Shown here: in pieces, positions 11,520-22,290 of the stretch
How positions within the stretch are numbered: position 1 is the stretch's first letter
Layout: every line of letters starts with the position of its first letter
Origin: Octopus bimaculoides
Taxonomy: Eukaryota
DNA length: 64,000 nucleotides
Assembly: GCF_001194135.2 (NCBI RefSeq)
Contig: NC_068985.1
Location: 32,686,998 to 32,750,997 of the forward strand
Direction of reading: 5' to 3'
Translations under genes and position numbers: made by a program
Notes under the pieces: model-generated
Databases searched by the model: none
What the model saw: only the letters and a program-made list of their open reading frames with translations
What the model was told of the DNA's origin: nothing

Positions 11520-13811
11520 AGTAGAGGCAACAACCTCAACTATTCTAACATGTTGAAATGACGGTAGGTTAAAAGCAAGAATAACTTTTACAACGTCTGT
11601 TACCAAATGATCATGTGAACCTTCTTTTCAGGTGCTGAATAACATCTCTCCTTCCTGTGTTACCTCCCATATCTCTTTCCCAGTTTTCAGAGTTGGCACT
11701 GTAAATGTAGGCACATTGAAAGGTAGGTCTAGTGAGATTGTAAAGACACTTGAACAGAGATGTGTTGATGTATGTTGCGTACAAGAGGTAAGGTGGAGAG
11801 GAGCTTCAGCCAGAGTCCTCACAGGCAAAGCACATAGGTATAAACTCTTCTGGGAAGGTAATAGTGATGGAATAGGGGGTGTGGGCATACTTCTTGCTGA
11901 GAAATGAGTGAATAAGGTCATTGAGGTAGTGAGGGTGTGCGATAGAGTACTTAAACTCAGGCTAGTTTTGCAGAATAGTATAGTGACAATTATCTCTGCC
12001 TATACCCTACAAGTGAGCCTATCAAATAAACAGAAGGATCATTTTTATGATATTCTTCTGCAGACTACCTCAAAGATGAGTGACAATGATCTCGTCTTAA
12101 TGGGCATATTGGACAGCAACCTGGTATCTTCCATAGTATACATGGGTGATATGGAGTTGGTACCAGAAATGAAGAAGGAACTAGGCTCCTGGAGTTTTGC
12201 GATGCAAATAACCTATTGATCTGCAACACCAACTTCAGGAAGTCAGCCAGCCACCTGATAACCTTTCAATCAGGTGACTCTGCTAGCCAGATTGATTTCA
12301 TTCTCACCAGACAGTGGGATGCATGGCTGCTCTTAAATACAAAGACCCTCTCTGCTGAATAATGTACCCCACAACATAGACTAGTTATTAGTGATTTTAG
12401 ACTCAAGGCCAGAAGGATGCCAATCTGGAAAAGCAGATCAATCTGGAAAAGAAGGACTTGGAATCTTAAGAACCCGTCACATGGTCAGAGATTTAGGGAT
12501 ATCCTTACCGAGAAATTTTATAGTAGGAAGGAGGAGCTACAGTCCTGTGACATAGAAGGCAGCTGGGAATTCCTGCAAAACAACTTGCTGAGTGCCACAG
12601 ACCAAATCTATGGCTGATGCAAAGTCCCTTCCAGACCTAGGGTAACATGGTGGTGGAACAATACTGTAGACGGGCCATTAAAGCAAAGAAACAGGCTTAG
12701 AAGGCCTGAAAGAGTTGGGGTAGCAGGAGAATGTATCAGATAGGCAAAAGGGAAGCTAGGAGACAGGTATATATAGCCAAGAGAGGAGCAGAAAAGAAGT
12801 TTGCCAATGTTCAGCAATGTGAGGACCAAAGAACTGAAGTATTTCGGATTGCAAGGCAGTGTGTGAGAGAAAACTGTAATGTCAAAGGAGAGAAATGTGT
12901 TCGCATGGATGATGGTGCCCTTGTGTTTAATGATTCTGCAAAGAAAAAGGCTTGGAGATGCTATTATGAAAGACTGCTGAATGTGGAGAATGAATGGGAA
13001 GAAAATCTGCCAAAGGTTCACCCAATTGAGGGACCAGCTACCTGAATTGACAGCACTCTTGTAGATAAAGCAATTAAGGATATGAAGACAGGGAAAGTAC
13101 CTGGTCCATCAGGTGATGAAAGTTACAGAGAGAATCATAGCCCAACTAATTAGGGAGAAAGATGCAGTTTGGTTTTGTGCCAGGCAGAAGCACCACTGAC
13201 GCTATATTTCTGGTAAGACAGCTGCAGGAGAAATATCAAGCCAAAGATAAACTTCTGTACCTGGCTTTTGTTGACTTGGAGAAAGCCTTTGACAGGGTCC
13301 CCTGATCCCTTATCTGGTGGTTAATGCGGAAACTGGGGATAGACGAGTGGTTGGTAAGAGCTGTACAAGCCCTGTACAGAGATGCTGTCAGTAAGGTGAG
13401 GGTTGGCAACGAGTATAGTGAAGAATTCCGAGTAGAAGTAAGGGTTCATCAAGGATCAGTCCTCAGCCCCCTCTTATTCATCATAGCTCTCCAGGCAATA
13501 ACAGAGGAATTCAAGACAGGCTGCTCCTGAGAGCTCCTCTATGCTGATGACCTTGTTCTAATAGCTGAGTCACTGGCAGAACTAGAGACGAAGTTTAGGG
13601 TGTAGAAGCAAGGTCTAGAATCGAAGGGCCTTAGGGTCAACCTAGCAAAGACCAAAGTCTTAGTAAGTAGGAAGGTTGACAAACCACAAATCCCTTCAGG
13701 TAGATGGCCCTGTTCGATCTGTAGAAAAGGCATGGGTAGAAACTCCATACGATGTACCCGGTGTAAGCTATGGACACATAAAAGGTGCAGCAATATCAAA
13801 GGAAGGTTAAC
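11520..13811 (+). mobile_element. RTE LINE copy A (APE + RT), 3' end lost at a SINE insertion
   Basis: APE RVGTVNVGTLKGR..CVQEVRW..GVGILL; RT AFVDLEKAFDRV, VHQGSVLSPLLF, LLYADDL; stops and frameshifts. Confidence 0.93.
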
Positions 13812-13953
13812 CATGGTAGTGAGCTGGCAAAAACTTTAGCATGCCAGCGAAATGCTTAGTGGTATTTCGTCTGTCTTTATGTTCTGGGTTCAAATTCTGC
13901 TGAGGTTGACTTTGCCTTTCATTCTATCGGGACCAATAAATTAAGTACCAGTT
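13812..13953 (+). mobile_element. tRNA-derived SINE, 3'-truncated, joined to Gypsy copy 2
   Basis: gagctggcaaaaactttagcatgcc..gggttcaaattctg..aattaagtaccagtt, then runs directly into Gypsy RT sequence. Confidence 0.8.
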
Positions 13954-16828
13954 GCATCTCCCCTTCATTTGGCATGTAAAGGGAATTCTGATTTTCGCCC
14001 AGTGGGGGATTATAGACGTTTGAATGCAGTCACAGTTCCCGATTGCTACCCTATAAGAAATCTCCAGGATTTCTCCTCTAATTTGCATGGTTGTAGTATT
14101 TTTTCTAAGGTTGACCTCGTTCGTGCCTATCACCAAATACCAGTCAATCCTGAGGATGTGTAGTGAAACTACCTATCGTCTCTAATACCTATTGCCATTA
14201 GATACAAAACTGCTATCGCCATTCTTCTCATTTAAATATAAACAAACGCGAACGTAGGGGAAAACATTAACCTTGTCATCACGTGACTGATCATTATTCG
14301 AATCGGCAACTTCTTCGAACCTTTCCCGCCAGAACGCAAACTGACCAATCACGGCCCCTAATAAGGTCACGTGATAGAGTAAAATTCTGAAGGCATTTGG
14401 AGCCCTCTTAACGCTATAAATAGATCAACTAATACCCAATAATTTCTCTTTGAGAACTGTTCCGTGTACCACACGACAGCAGCAGCAGTTCCAGCGACCA
14501 CTTCAACAGCTTCGTCCAGCCAACAATGACCACCGCCGTCGCCACATCAGCAACAAGAGTCTACGACTACTAACCAGCACCATCGTCATGACCAACACGA
14601 TTACTACCAAGCAGCCTCTACACCACCAGCGTCAACACGACTTACTATGTACACCAAACCAAACCTCCGCGACACATCTCTCTCTTCGATTCTGTTAGGT
14701 GACTCAGCTTCACCACGATAAATAAACAGACAAGAGTTCTCAGCCAGCGACGAACATCTGTATAACAAGAACCACGGCCCAACATCGATGCCACGATATC
14801 ACAACTAGTGATCAGCTCTGCCACACTCAGCCTCTCCTCCCTTTCACATACAGAACTTTTCTTATAGTGTACTAAAGAACTGGTATAATTGCTCACGTGT
14901 CATTTACTGACTCTCTTTCTATTTGCTATAATAATTCACATACACACACATGTATCACTCACATACACACTTTTCTTTGTACGACGGCCTGTCTTTGATT
15001 GTTATTATATGTCGCATTCACACTCTCACACAGACATACATCTTTAACACTACAATAAATATCTCTGTTATTCATCTAATACGGTTGTGGTCTTTCATTA
15101 CTGGTCACATATGTTATCGTCGTATAACATATCTATATCATTATTGATATATATATATTTGTGTTCGACCGTGTGACACGTTTAAATAAAAGGAGTCCTC
15201 TGTTTTTCCATTCGTCACCATTGCTCCTTTTTGAGTTCGCACGGTCGTCCCTTACAGATGTACCAAAAACTGCCATCACTACTCCCTTTGGCTGCTTTGA
15301 GTTCCTTTTTATGAGTTTCGGGTTGCGGAACGCCACGAGCACTTCCCAAAGATTTATCAATGAAGTTGTCCGTGGACTTGATTTTGTGTTCGCTTACATT
15401 GATGACATACTCGTTGCAAGCGACACACATAAGAATCACCTCCAACACTTAAATCAACTCTTTCAGCATCATCGCATCTGCAATGTGTGAATCAACCCCG
15501 ATAAGTATGTTTTGGGGCAGTCATCTCTGGAATTTCTGGGGCTTTATATTGACTCAAATGGTATCAGACCTCTCTCTTCCAAAGTCGATGCAATTCAGCG
15601 CATCGCCCCCTCCCCCCACTTCATTACGTCAACTCCGTCACCTTTTGTGAGTCATCAACTTCTACAGACAATTCATTCGTGATTGTGCAGACAAGTTACT
15701 TCCCTTGACTCAGCTATTGAAAGCAAATACAAAAAAGAATTCTCCCATTACTTCATCTGCCGAGGCGTTATCTGCTTTTGAGTCCATCAAGAAAGAAATA
15801 GCTTCTGTTCCTTTGCTTGCACATCCGGTTCCCAATGCTCTTCTCTCTTTAACCGTTGATGCATCGGATTCTGCAGTTGGTGCTATTTTGCAGCACACCA
15901 TAGACTAAACCTTTGGTGGTTTTTTGTCGTCAATTAAAGCCAGCTGAACGTCGGTACAGTACGTTTGATCGCAAGCTCTTGGCGATCTACCCGTCAGTTC
16001 GTCATTTTCAACATTTGCTCTGTCATCTTAATCGGACAAACACTCACCTCGTGATTTTCGCCACCTGGATTACATTTCCCAGTTCACGAGTGACATTCGG
16101 CACATACCTGGAACAGAGAACGTGCCTGCTGACATACTCTCTTATCTTCCTGTGTGCTCCCTTTCATCTCCTGCTGCAATTGATTTAACTGCCATTGCAC
16201 AGGATCAGCCAGCTCTAGACACTTTGGATTTAGCTTCTACCAAGTTGTCCTGTTGCAAGTTTGCCTATCTCCCACTTCTGTCTGCTGAAGGCACCATTCT
16301 TTGTGATACAGCTACTGGTTCTCCCAGACCGTTTGTACCTGAGAACCACCGGCGCTCCGTTTTTGATGCCTTGCATTCACTGTCACATCCTGGAATCGCT
16401 GCCTTGGTGAAGCTTATTATGGCTCAGTTTTTCTGGCCTAATATGCGCCGGATGATCACCGATTGGGCACGCTCTTGAGTAAAATGCCAGCATTCTAAGA
16501 TCCACAGGCATATTCGCGCTCCTCTTGGACAGTTTTCTCCTCTGGAGACTCGCTTTCGCCATGTCCACATTGATCTGGTTGGACCATGGCCTGTCAGTCG
16601 CGGTTTCTCTTACATATTGACATGCATCGATCGATTCTCTTGTTGGCCAGGGGCCATTCCAATAGTGGACATTTCCGCTGAGTCAGTTGCTCGAGCTTTC
16701 GTTTCTAACTGGATTGCTCGCTTTGGTGTCCCAGCTAAAATAACCACTGATCGCGGATGCCAGTTCGAGGCTTCCCTATTTCGTAATTTATCACGAATCC
16801 TAGGCGTTCTTCACATTCGTACGACCAG
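13954..16828 (+). mobile_element. Gypsy copy 2 (RT-RH-partial IN), same family as copy 1, split by a solo LTR
   Basis: Nearly colinear with 1310-3120; AYIDDILV, HIDLVGP, TDRGCQFE; interrupted at 14159-15256; truncated at both ends. Confidence 0.93.
14159..15256 (+). mobile_element. Solo LTR (1098 bp) with 4-bp TSD GATG
   Basis: TGT...ACA termini; GATG at 14155-14158 and 15257-15260; excision restores RT cctgaggatgtaccaaaaactgcc. CCAAT 14345, GGTCACGTGA 14365, TATAAA 14415, AATAAA ~15186. Confidence 0.9.
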
Positions 16829-17599
16829 TTGTGGTATATGGGATCGAATTAATGATTCAGGCAACAACAGAGGACTTGAACAGTGTGGTGGAGGAGATTG
16901 TGCTTCCGGAAGATGTGAGACTGAGAGTTACTGTGGAGTGTAGGCCGCCAGTGTGTTTCACATGTGGAGAAAGGGGCCGCATGAAGGCATGGTGCACCCA
17001 GAGAAAGCCACAAACAGAACAAGAGGAGAGTGTGGACCAGGTAGTACAGGACAAGGCAACAGAAAAAGAAGTGAAGGGATTCACTATAGTTTAAAAGAAA
17101 AGAAGGAGGAGCGGAGGAATGAATTCTCCGCCAGAGAAGCAGAAAAAGAAGAGAGATGTGAAAAAAGAAACTGTGAAGAAGGGTAGTAGGAAGGAAAAAG
17201 AAAGTGGAGTTATCAGTGGAGAGAGTGTCGGAAACCCAACTGTATGAAGGTGAGATGGAGAGACTATTTATGGAGAAGAAAAGAGAGAACCAAAAGTCCA
17301 AGAGAAAGGAAAGAAGATACGAGGAGGAGAAGGAGTATGGTGTTATGTAACATACCCCAAAAATGTTGAAACAGAGAAAAAAAATAATCAAGTTACATTC
17401 AATAGTAAGAGTGAAGGTGCCTTCATACGTCTACGCGGATGATATGAAGGCAATATTGATCGAAGAGGAAAACTATAGAAAATTTAAAGAGATGTGTGGA
17501 GATAACTTTGACCTGCCAGGAGTGGAGGTGGAATTTAAAGTGTTGCCACCAGTGGTGGATTTAAGAGATATCGAACCACTAATGAAGTTCTACTAAAGA

Positions 17600-17639
<40 letters not shown>

Positions 17640-17850
17640 TATGAAATCAAAAGGAAAAAAAAAAGAACAATTGTAAATAATACATATAACGGTACGCATG
17701 AGAGTGGGGCCCATGCGTCCATTTTCATTTTCATATAACTTTCATCTCATTTACATTCGTTTTATGTTTTTGTCCCCACTGTGGTCTTGTCTGTCCTTGT
17801 GGTGTCCCCATCTATGTTTAGGGCTTTATGCCTAATAAAGACATCAGAAT
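16829..17850 (+). mobile_element. gag/ORF1-like retroelement fragment with zinc knuckle and A-rich 3' region
   Basis: LRVTVECRPPVCFTCGERGRMKAWC (CCHC with H->R), then a K/E-rich region; stop at 17596; A37 at 17601-17637; AATAAA at 17834. Confidence 0.65.
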
Positions 17851-18562
17851 ATCTTTGATACTCAGCACAAACAGTATGAAACAAAGTGGGTTACCTCGTT
17901 GAACTCTTAAGGCAGAAAGAATATAATAGCTGCCAGAGTATATATGAGAGGCTTCCCGAAAAGCCTGCCATGCAAAGTAGCAGATCTTTGAAGCTTTTTT
18001 TTTTATATTGAGCTGAGAATGACATCGCGTCTAATTGAATTGAAGGCTTTTTTAAAATCGATTTTGAGAACTATCTCGACCACTGGGAGAGTGTTCACGA
18101 AAGTCTGTGGCGTGAAAGGCTGCTTCAGACTCTAGTTTAATATCAACCTCGAGTCGAACGGGTGTGAATTTGGAAAAGAGATAATAGGAGACGTGAGCTC
18201 TCTTAAGTACACCTAACTGCTTTAGGACAATGAACATTAATAAATTTAAAGAAACATCACAAAGCAACGAGGAACCAAAATGCGCTATGTAGAGGAGGAT
18301 ACTTTGGTGAGAGTATTCTCCCTTACATTATTTGTTTATGAAATTGCGTGAGACGCCTTTTGTGTATAAACTTTCCCTACAAGCCGTCATTCTATTAATG
18401 TTACTACTTGTTTATTCGTGATAAGATAGAAATGGACAGTCTTCTTCATTTTGAGTGAAACGCTCAAATTACTTTTTCGGAATTAATGTGAATATGATTT
18501 AATTTCATAGTTATCTCATCTTGATTGCTTTTTCCCCTTCCACAAAACATGTGCTTAACGTA

Positions 18563-18639
18563 ATGGCGGCATCCTCTTGTGCGAATGTCATCTACAAACT
18601 TGGAAGAACTTTATTTGCACCTTCAGCCTATGTAACCAG
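18563..18639 (+). CDS. MRPS7: MRPS7 coding exon 1 (mitochondrial targeting region)
   Basis: ATG GCG GCA start; MAASSCANVIYKLGRTLFAPSAYVT+AG; donor GTAATT at 18640; phase 2 matches exon 2. Confidence 0.8.
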
Positions 18640-19039
18640 GTAATTAAAAATGTTTTTATATATCTAATCAAAAGTGCTGCAAGATCACAGCCATCGCTGC
18701 AGGCGACTTGATTTCTAAGTATTGAAATTTTGGTTCATTTTCGTCGTTCATGCCCTTGAAAAATATGTTACAGTTCATAAAACTCAAGCATTTCGATGGC
18801 ATATGTATACGAATTGTAAAACAGTGCTTTTATAGATAGAGTATACTATAAATTTTCTACAGTAGTCGAATATGCTTATACCTTAGACAAATACGGTTAT
18901 TATTTTCCCAGTCACCTTGGAAAATTGGCCCCTAAAATTTAAAGATACACGCATACAAGAAGTTTTTAGAATGCGGTGTTTACGGTCTATATTAAGAGTA
19001 GAGTATAAGAGTATAATTAGGAGATAGGCCTAGAAATAC

Positions 19040-19260
19040 TTCCATAAGAAAACCATCTCTACGTAATGTATACCATACCCAGATTATAAGAACTGAAATG
19101 GCCGGTCATGTATTAAGAAGGCAATTCAATAATTACGTAGACTTCTCAAACTCCGGAATGCATGTTTGACCGTCCGAGATATGGATCTCTCATATGAAGA
19201 GGCTAATGATAGTTCAGCTGGCAAGAGAAAGCGAGGGTCCGAAGAGAAGTGAGCAGTGAA
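19040..19260 (+). mobile_element. Degraded RTE-like LINE 3' fragment
   Basis: ctgaaatggccggtcatgtattaaga resembles the L.W.GHV.R motif; heavily frameshifted. Confidence 0.45.
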
Positions 19261-20410
19261 GAATACATTTTTTCAAAAACTGTTTGAGTTGATTCTTTGG
19301 CTACTGACAGCTAATACCATGACTGGCCGGAGCGAGCTATCTGTCTGTCTCTCTCTCTCTATCTATCTATCATTCGAAAGTTATTGGAACAAATTTGACA
19401 CCTATATCCATGCGTTTGAAAACACACAGAGTNNNNNNNNNNNNNNNNNNNNNNNNNNNNNNNNNNNNNNNNNNNNNNNNNNNNNNNNNNNNNNNNNNNN
19501 NNNNNNNNNNNNNNNNNNNNNNNNNNNNNNNNNNNNNNNNNNNNNNNNNNNNNNNNNNNNNNNNNNNNNNNNNNNNNNNNNNNNNNNNNNNNNNNNNNNN
19601 NNNNNNNNNNNNNNNNNNNNNNNNNNNNNNNNNNNNNNNNNNNNNNNNNNNNNNNNNNNNNNNNNNNNNNNNNNNNNNNNNNNNNNNNNNNNNNNNNNNN
19701 NNNNNNNNNNNNNNNNNNNNNNNNNNNNNNNNNNNNNNNNNNNNNNNNNNNNNNNNNNNNNNNNNNNNNNNNNNNNNNNNNNNNNNNNNNNNNNNNNNNN
19801 NNNNNNNNNNNNNNNNNNNNNNNNNNNNNNNNNNNNNNNNNNNNNNNNNNGAGAGAGAGAGAGAGAGAGAGAGAGTGAGATAGACAGACAGATAGATAGC
19901 TCCGGCTAGTCAGTAGCCAAAGAATCAACTCAAACCAGCAGTAACGTTCCTTGTCAGTTCTACTTTCAATTCTGACAGCTAATACCATGACAGTGCCAAC
20001 TGTTTATTGTACATAATGAAAGGTTGGTATTCACCGGGTTATTTTGGATAACTTTGCGTTTAATACTCTGCCTAATAAACGATAAATGGCGTGAAAACAA
20101 TAACAAAATAATAAGAATGCTTAGAAAGAAAATTCATATTGATTCCCTAAGCCGATATAACTTTGCGAATATCATCTGATCTACAAATTTTATTTTCAGA
20201 AGCTAATGGATGCTAGTTGACGGTCAGGCCGTGTGACAGAGAATTTATCCACATTTGATCCGTTGTTGCTGCTCTATTAACAGACAGGTTCACTGCCTAT
20301 AAGAACTAATAGCCTCAAAAAAAAAAAAAAAATCACCCGCAAGCACACAAAAAAACATGCACCTGTATACATACATCAGAGAAATAGTCAGAGTAAAATG
20401 TTTTTTTAAT

Positions 20411-20817
20411 TTTAGATCTGGCCCCAAAAAGCCAAAAAAAAAGGGGGGGGGGCTAATGCAGTTTCACACCTCTGCTTGAAAAATGCATTAAAAAAAAATC
20501 TTTTCGGATTCCTGTTTTAGATGTGGGAGATTATGAATATGCAAAAAAAAAAAAAAAAAAAATTTAATTCAACACCCCTCATTTAAATTTTTGATTTTTT
20601 TTTTGCTCTAAAGTGATCGTAGCGAATTGACGAACATATGCAAATCGAAATTAAATACATACAAAAATATTAACATTTCTTTTTTGCATATTCGTAATCT
20701 CTGTCATCTAAAACGTAGGAATCTGAAAATTTTTTTTCAAAAAAATACATTTTTCAAGGAGAGGTGTGAAACAGCACTAGCCCCAAAAGAAAAAAAAAAG
20801 TTTTGGGGACACCTTAA
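20411..20817. mobile_element. MITE with ~130-bp imperfect inverted repeats (TTAA-GG end, Kolobok/piggyBac-like)
   Basis: gtttcacacctct..gattcct.gttttagatg..gagatta.gaatatgcaaaaaa (20460-20550) is inverted at 20675-20775; right end ggggacaccttaa. Confidence 0.6.
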
Positions 20818-21239
20818 GCAAGTTCCCAAGTATTTACACTTACCACTCTGAATGGCAGGAGAGAATAAATACACAGTCTTTCATGTACTGTGCAATCTGT
20901 CTCTCAATTGTAAATTTACTGTTGTTGTGGTTTTGATATTTTGGGGAGATATGAACTAAATGCCTTTACTCAACTCCTAAAAATTCACACATGAAGATTC
21001 CAAAAAGTTATCTGGAAAGTGCTATTTTCTTCATTGCACTTTTCAACAGTTTCTAGATTATACATTATCCTTTCATAAATTATATTTCTTGGGAAGAAAA
21101 CTGAAAATGATGACAGGAGACTTAGAGGTTACAATTTTAATTAATTCAGTCAGTGAAATCAGCTCTTGTTCACTGAGTGCCTAATTATGGAAATCTGATA
21201 AATTAAAAATTTTTTTGTTTTAGGAATTATCTAAGTAGT

Positions 21240-21935
21240 TTGGGTTTAACTGTATGACACAGTTCTATATTTAAGAGATGAGGAATTATGTACATTATTT
21301 ACATTTGATAGATATAGCCTCCAGCCTTCATCAGGTGTCTTGGAGAAATTTCGAACCTGGGTTCTCATTCCTAAGGTATTTTTCTATTGTTATTATTATT
21401 ATTATTCAGGTCACTGCCTGGAATCGAACCAGGAATCTTGGGATTAGTAGCCCACACTCTTAACTACTATGCCATATGCCCGTGGGCAATTATGGAGTGA
21501 ATTTTAGGACTTATAAATCTAATATTTTCCTATCCTTCCTTAATACTGGTTCCCATTTGCTATTCATATCTGCACTCAGTCTGCTTAGGAGGTTGTTGTG
21601 TCCTAGCATATGTGCTGCTTCTTTTAGTTTTCGTATTTTCCATTGGTGTTCTCTGTCTATTATTTTAACTTCATCCCACAGGGGGAGGTGGTCTCCATTT
21701 TTCCGTATGTGATCAGCTATACCCAATTTATCAATATCTCCTCATGTCACAACTTTGTGATGTTTGTCTACCCTTATTTTGAGGGGCCTGTATGTTTCAC
21801 CTTTGTATTACCTACTACAGCTGCATGGGATGGAGTATACGCAGTTTTTGGTCTTATTCTCTTCTATTGGTGGTTTTACTTCAAGGAGATATTTGCGAAG
21901 TGTTGTATTACTCTTGAATACTGTCCTGATGTTGT
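21240..21935 (-). mobile_element. Penelope-like element 3' part: GIY-YIG endonuclease plus terminal repeat
   Basis: NCVYSIPCSCSR*YKGETYRPLKIRV..GIADHIRKNGDHLPLWDEVKIIDRE..RKLKEAAH; followed by a tRNA-like head and half a hammerhead. Confidence 0.88.
21407..21481 (-). ncRNA. tRNA-derived Pol III head (A and B boxes) within the Penelope 3' end; not a functional tRNA
   Basis: GGGCATATGGCATAGTAGTTAAGAG..CCTGG-TTCGATT-CCAGG (perfect T-arm); weak acceptor and D stems; (AAT)n follows. Confidence 0.7.
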
Positions 21936-21937
21936 AC

Positions 21938-22290
21938 ACCAAAAGAGATTACAGATGAGATGAAGGAAGTTTATGGTGATGATGCACCATCATACAATAT
22001 AATCAAGCACTGGCATCACCATAGCTGCATGTTACTCAGATGAAAGCTATGAAATCCTTCCTCACCCACCAAATATGGTTGAACATTGGTGGAAATTGCT
22101 CCTATTTCTGGATGACCACATTCTGCCATTGATGACAACACTATCCATAAAGTGGAAGTTGCCATTTTGGAGGATTGCTGCATAACTATTTGGCAACTCC
22201 CCAAGAAGTAAAGATAAGTGTAGCCTCCATGGAAAAAATCATTTGTGACCATTTTCACATGCGGAAGTTGTCTGCATGATGGATTCCTTG
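21938..22290 (+). mobile_element. Mariner transposase relic with scrambled internal order
   Basis: PKEITDEMKEVYGDDAPSYNIIKHW, then YEILPHPP, then SG*PHSAIDDNTIHKVE..ILEDCCITIWQL and KLSA*WIPW (WVPR-like). Confidence 0.8.

Noticed and set aside
17601-17637. Poly(A) tail marking a host processed pseudogene
   Set aside because: The upstream ORF is a gag/ORF1-type zinc-knuckle protein, there is no TSD, and an AATAAA-bearing UTR continues downstream.
19256-19988. Long ORFs of 162-217 aa
   Set aside because: They are made by reading through N-gaps; the same applies to the ORFs at 24606-25327, 59996-60734 and 61432-62072.
21107-21176. Box C/D snoRNA-like ATGATGA...CTGA in MRPS7 intron 1
   Set aside because: No terminal stem, no clear C'/D' boxes and no recognisable rRNA guide; such motifs are frequent in AT-rich DNA.
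21407-21481. Functional tRNA gene
   Set aside because: Acceptor and D stems are disrupted and the anticodon loop is irregular; treated as a tRNA-derived head.
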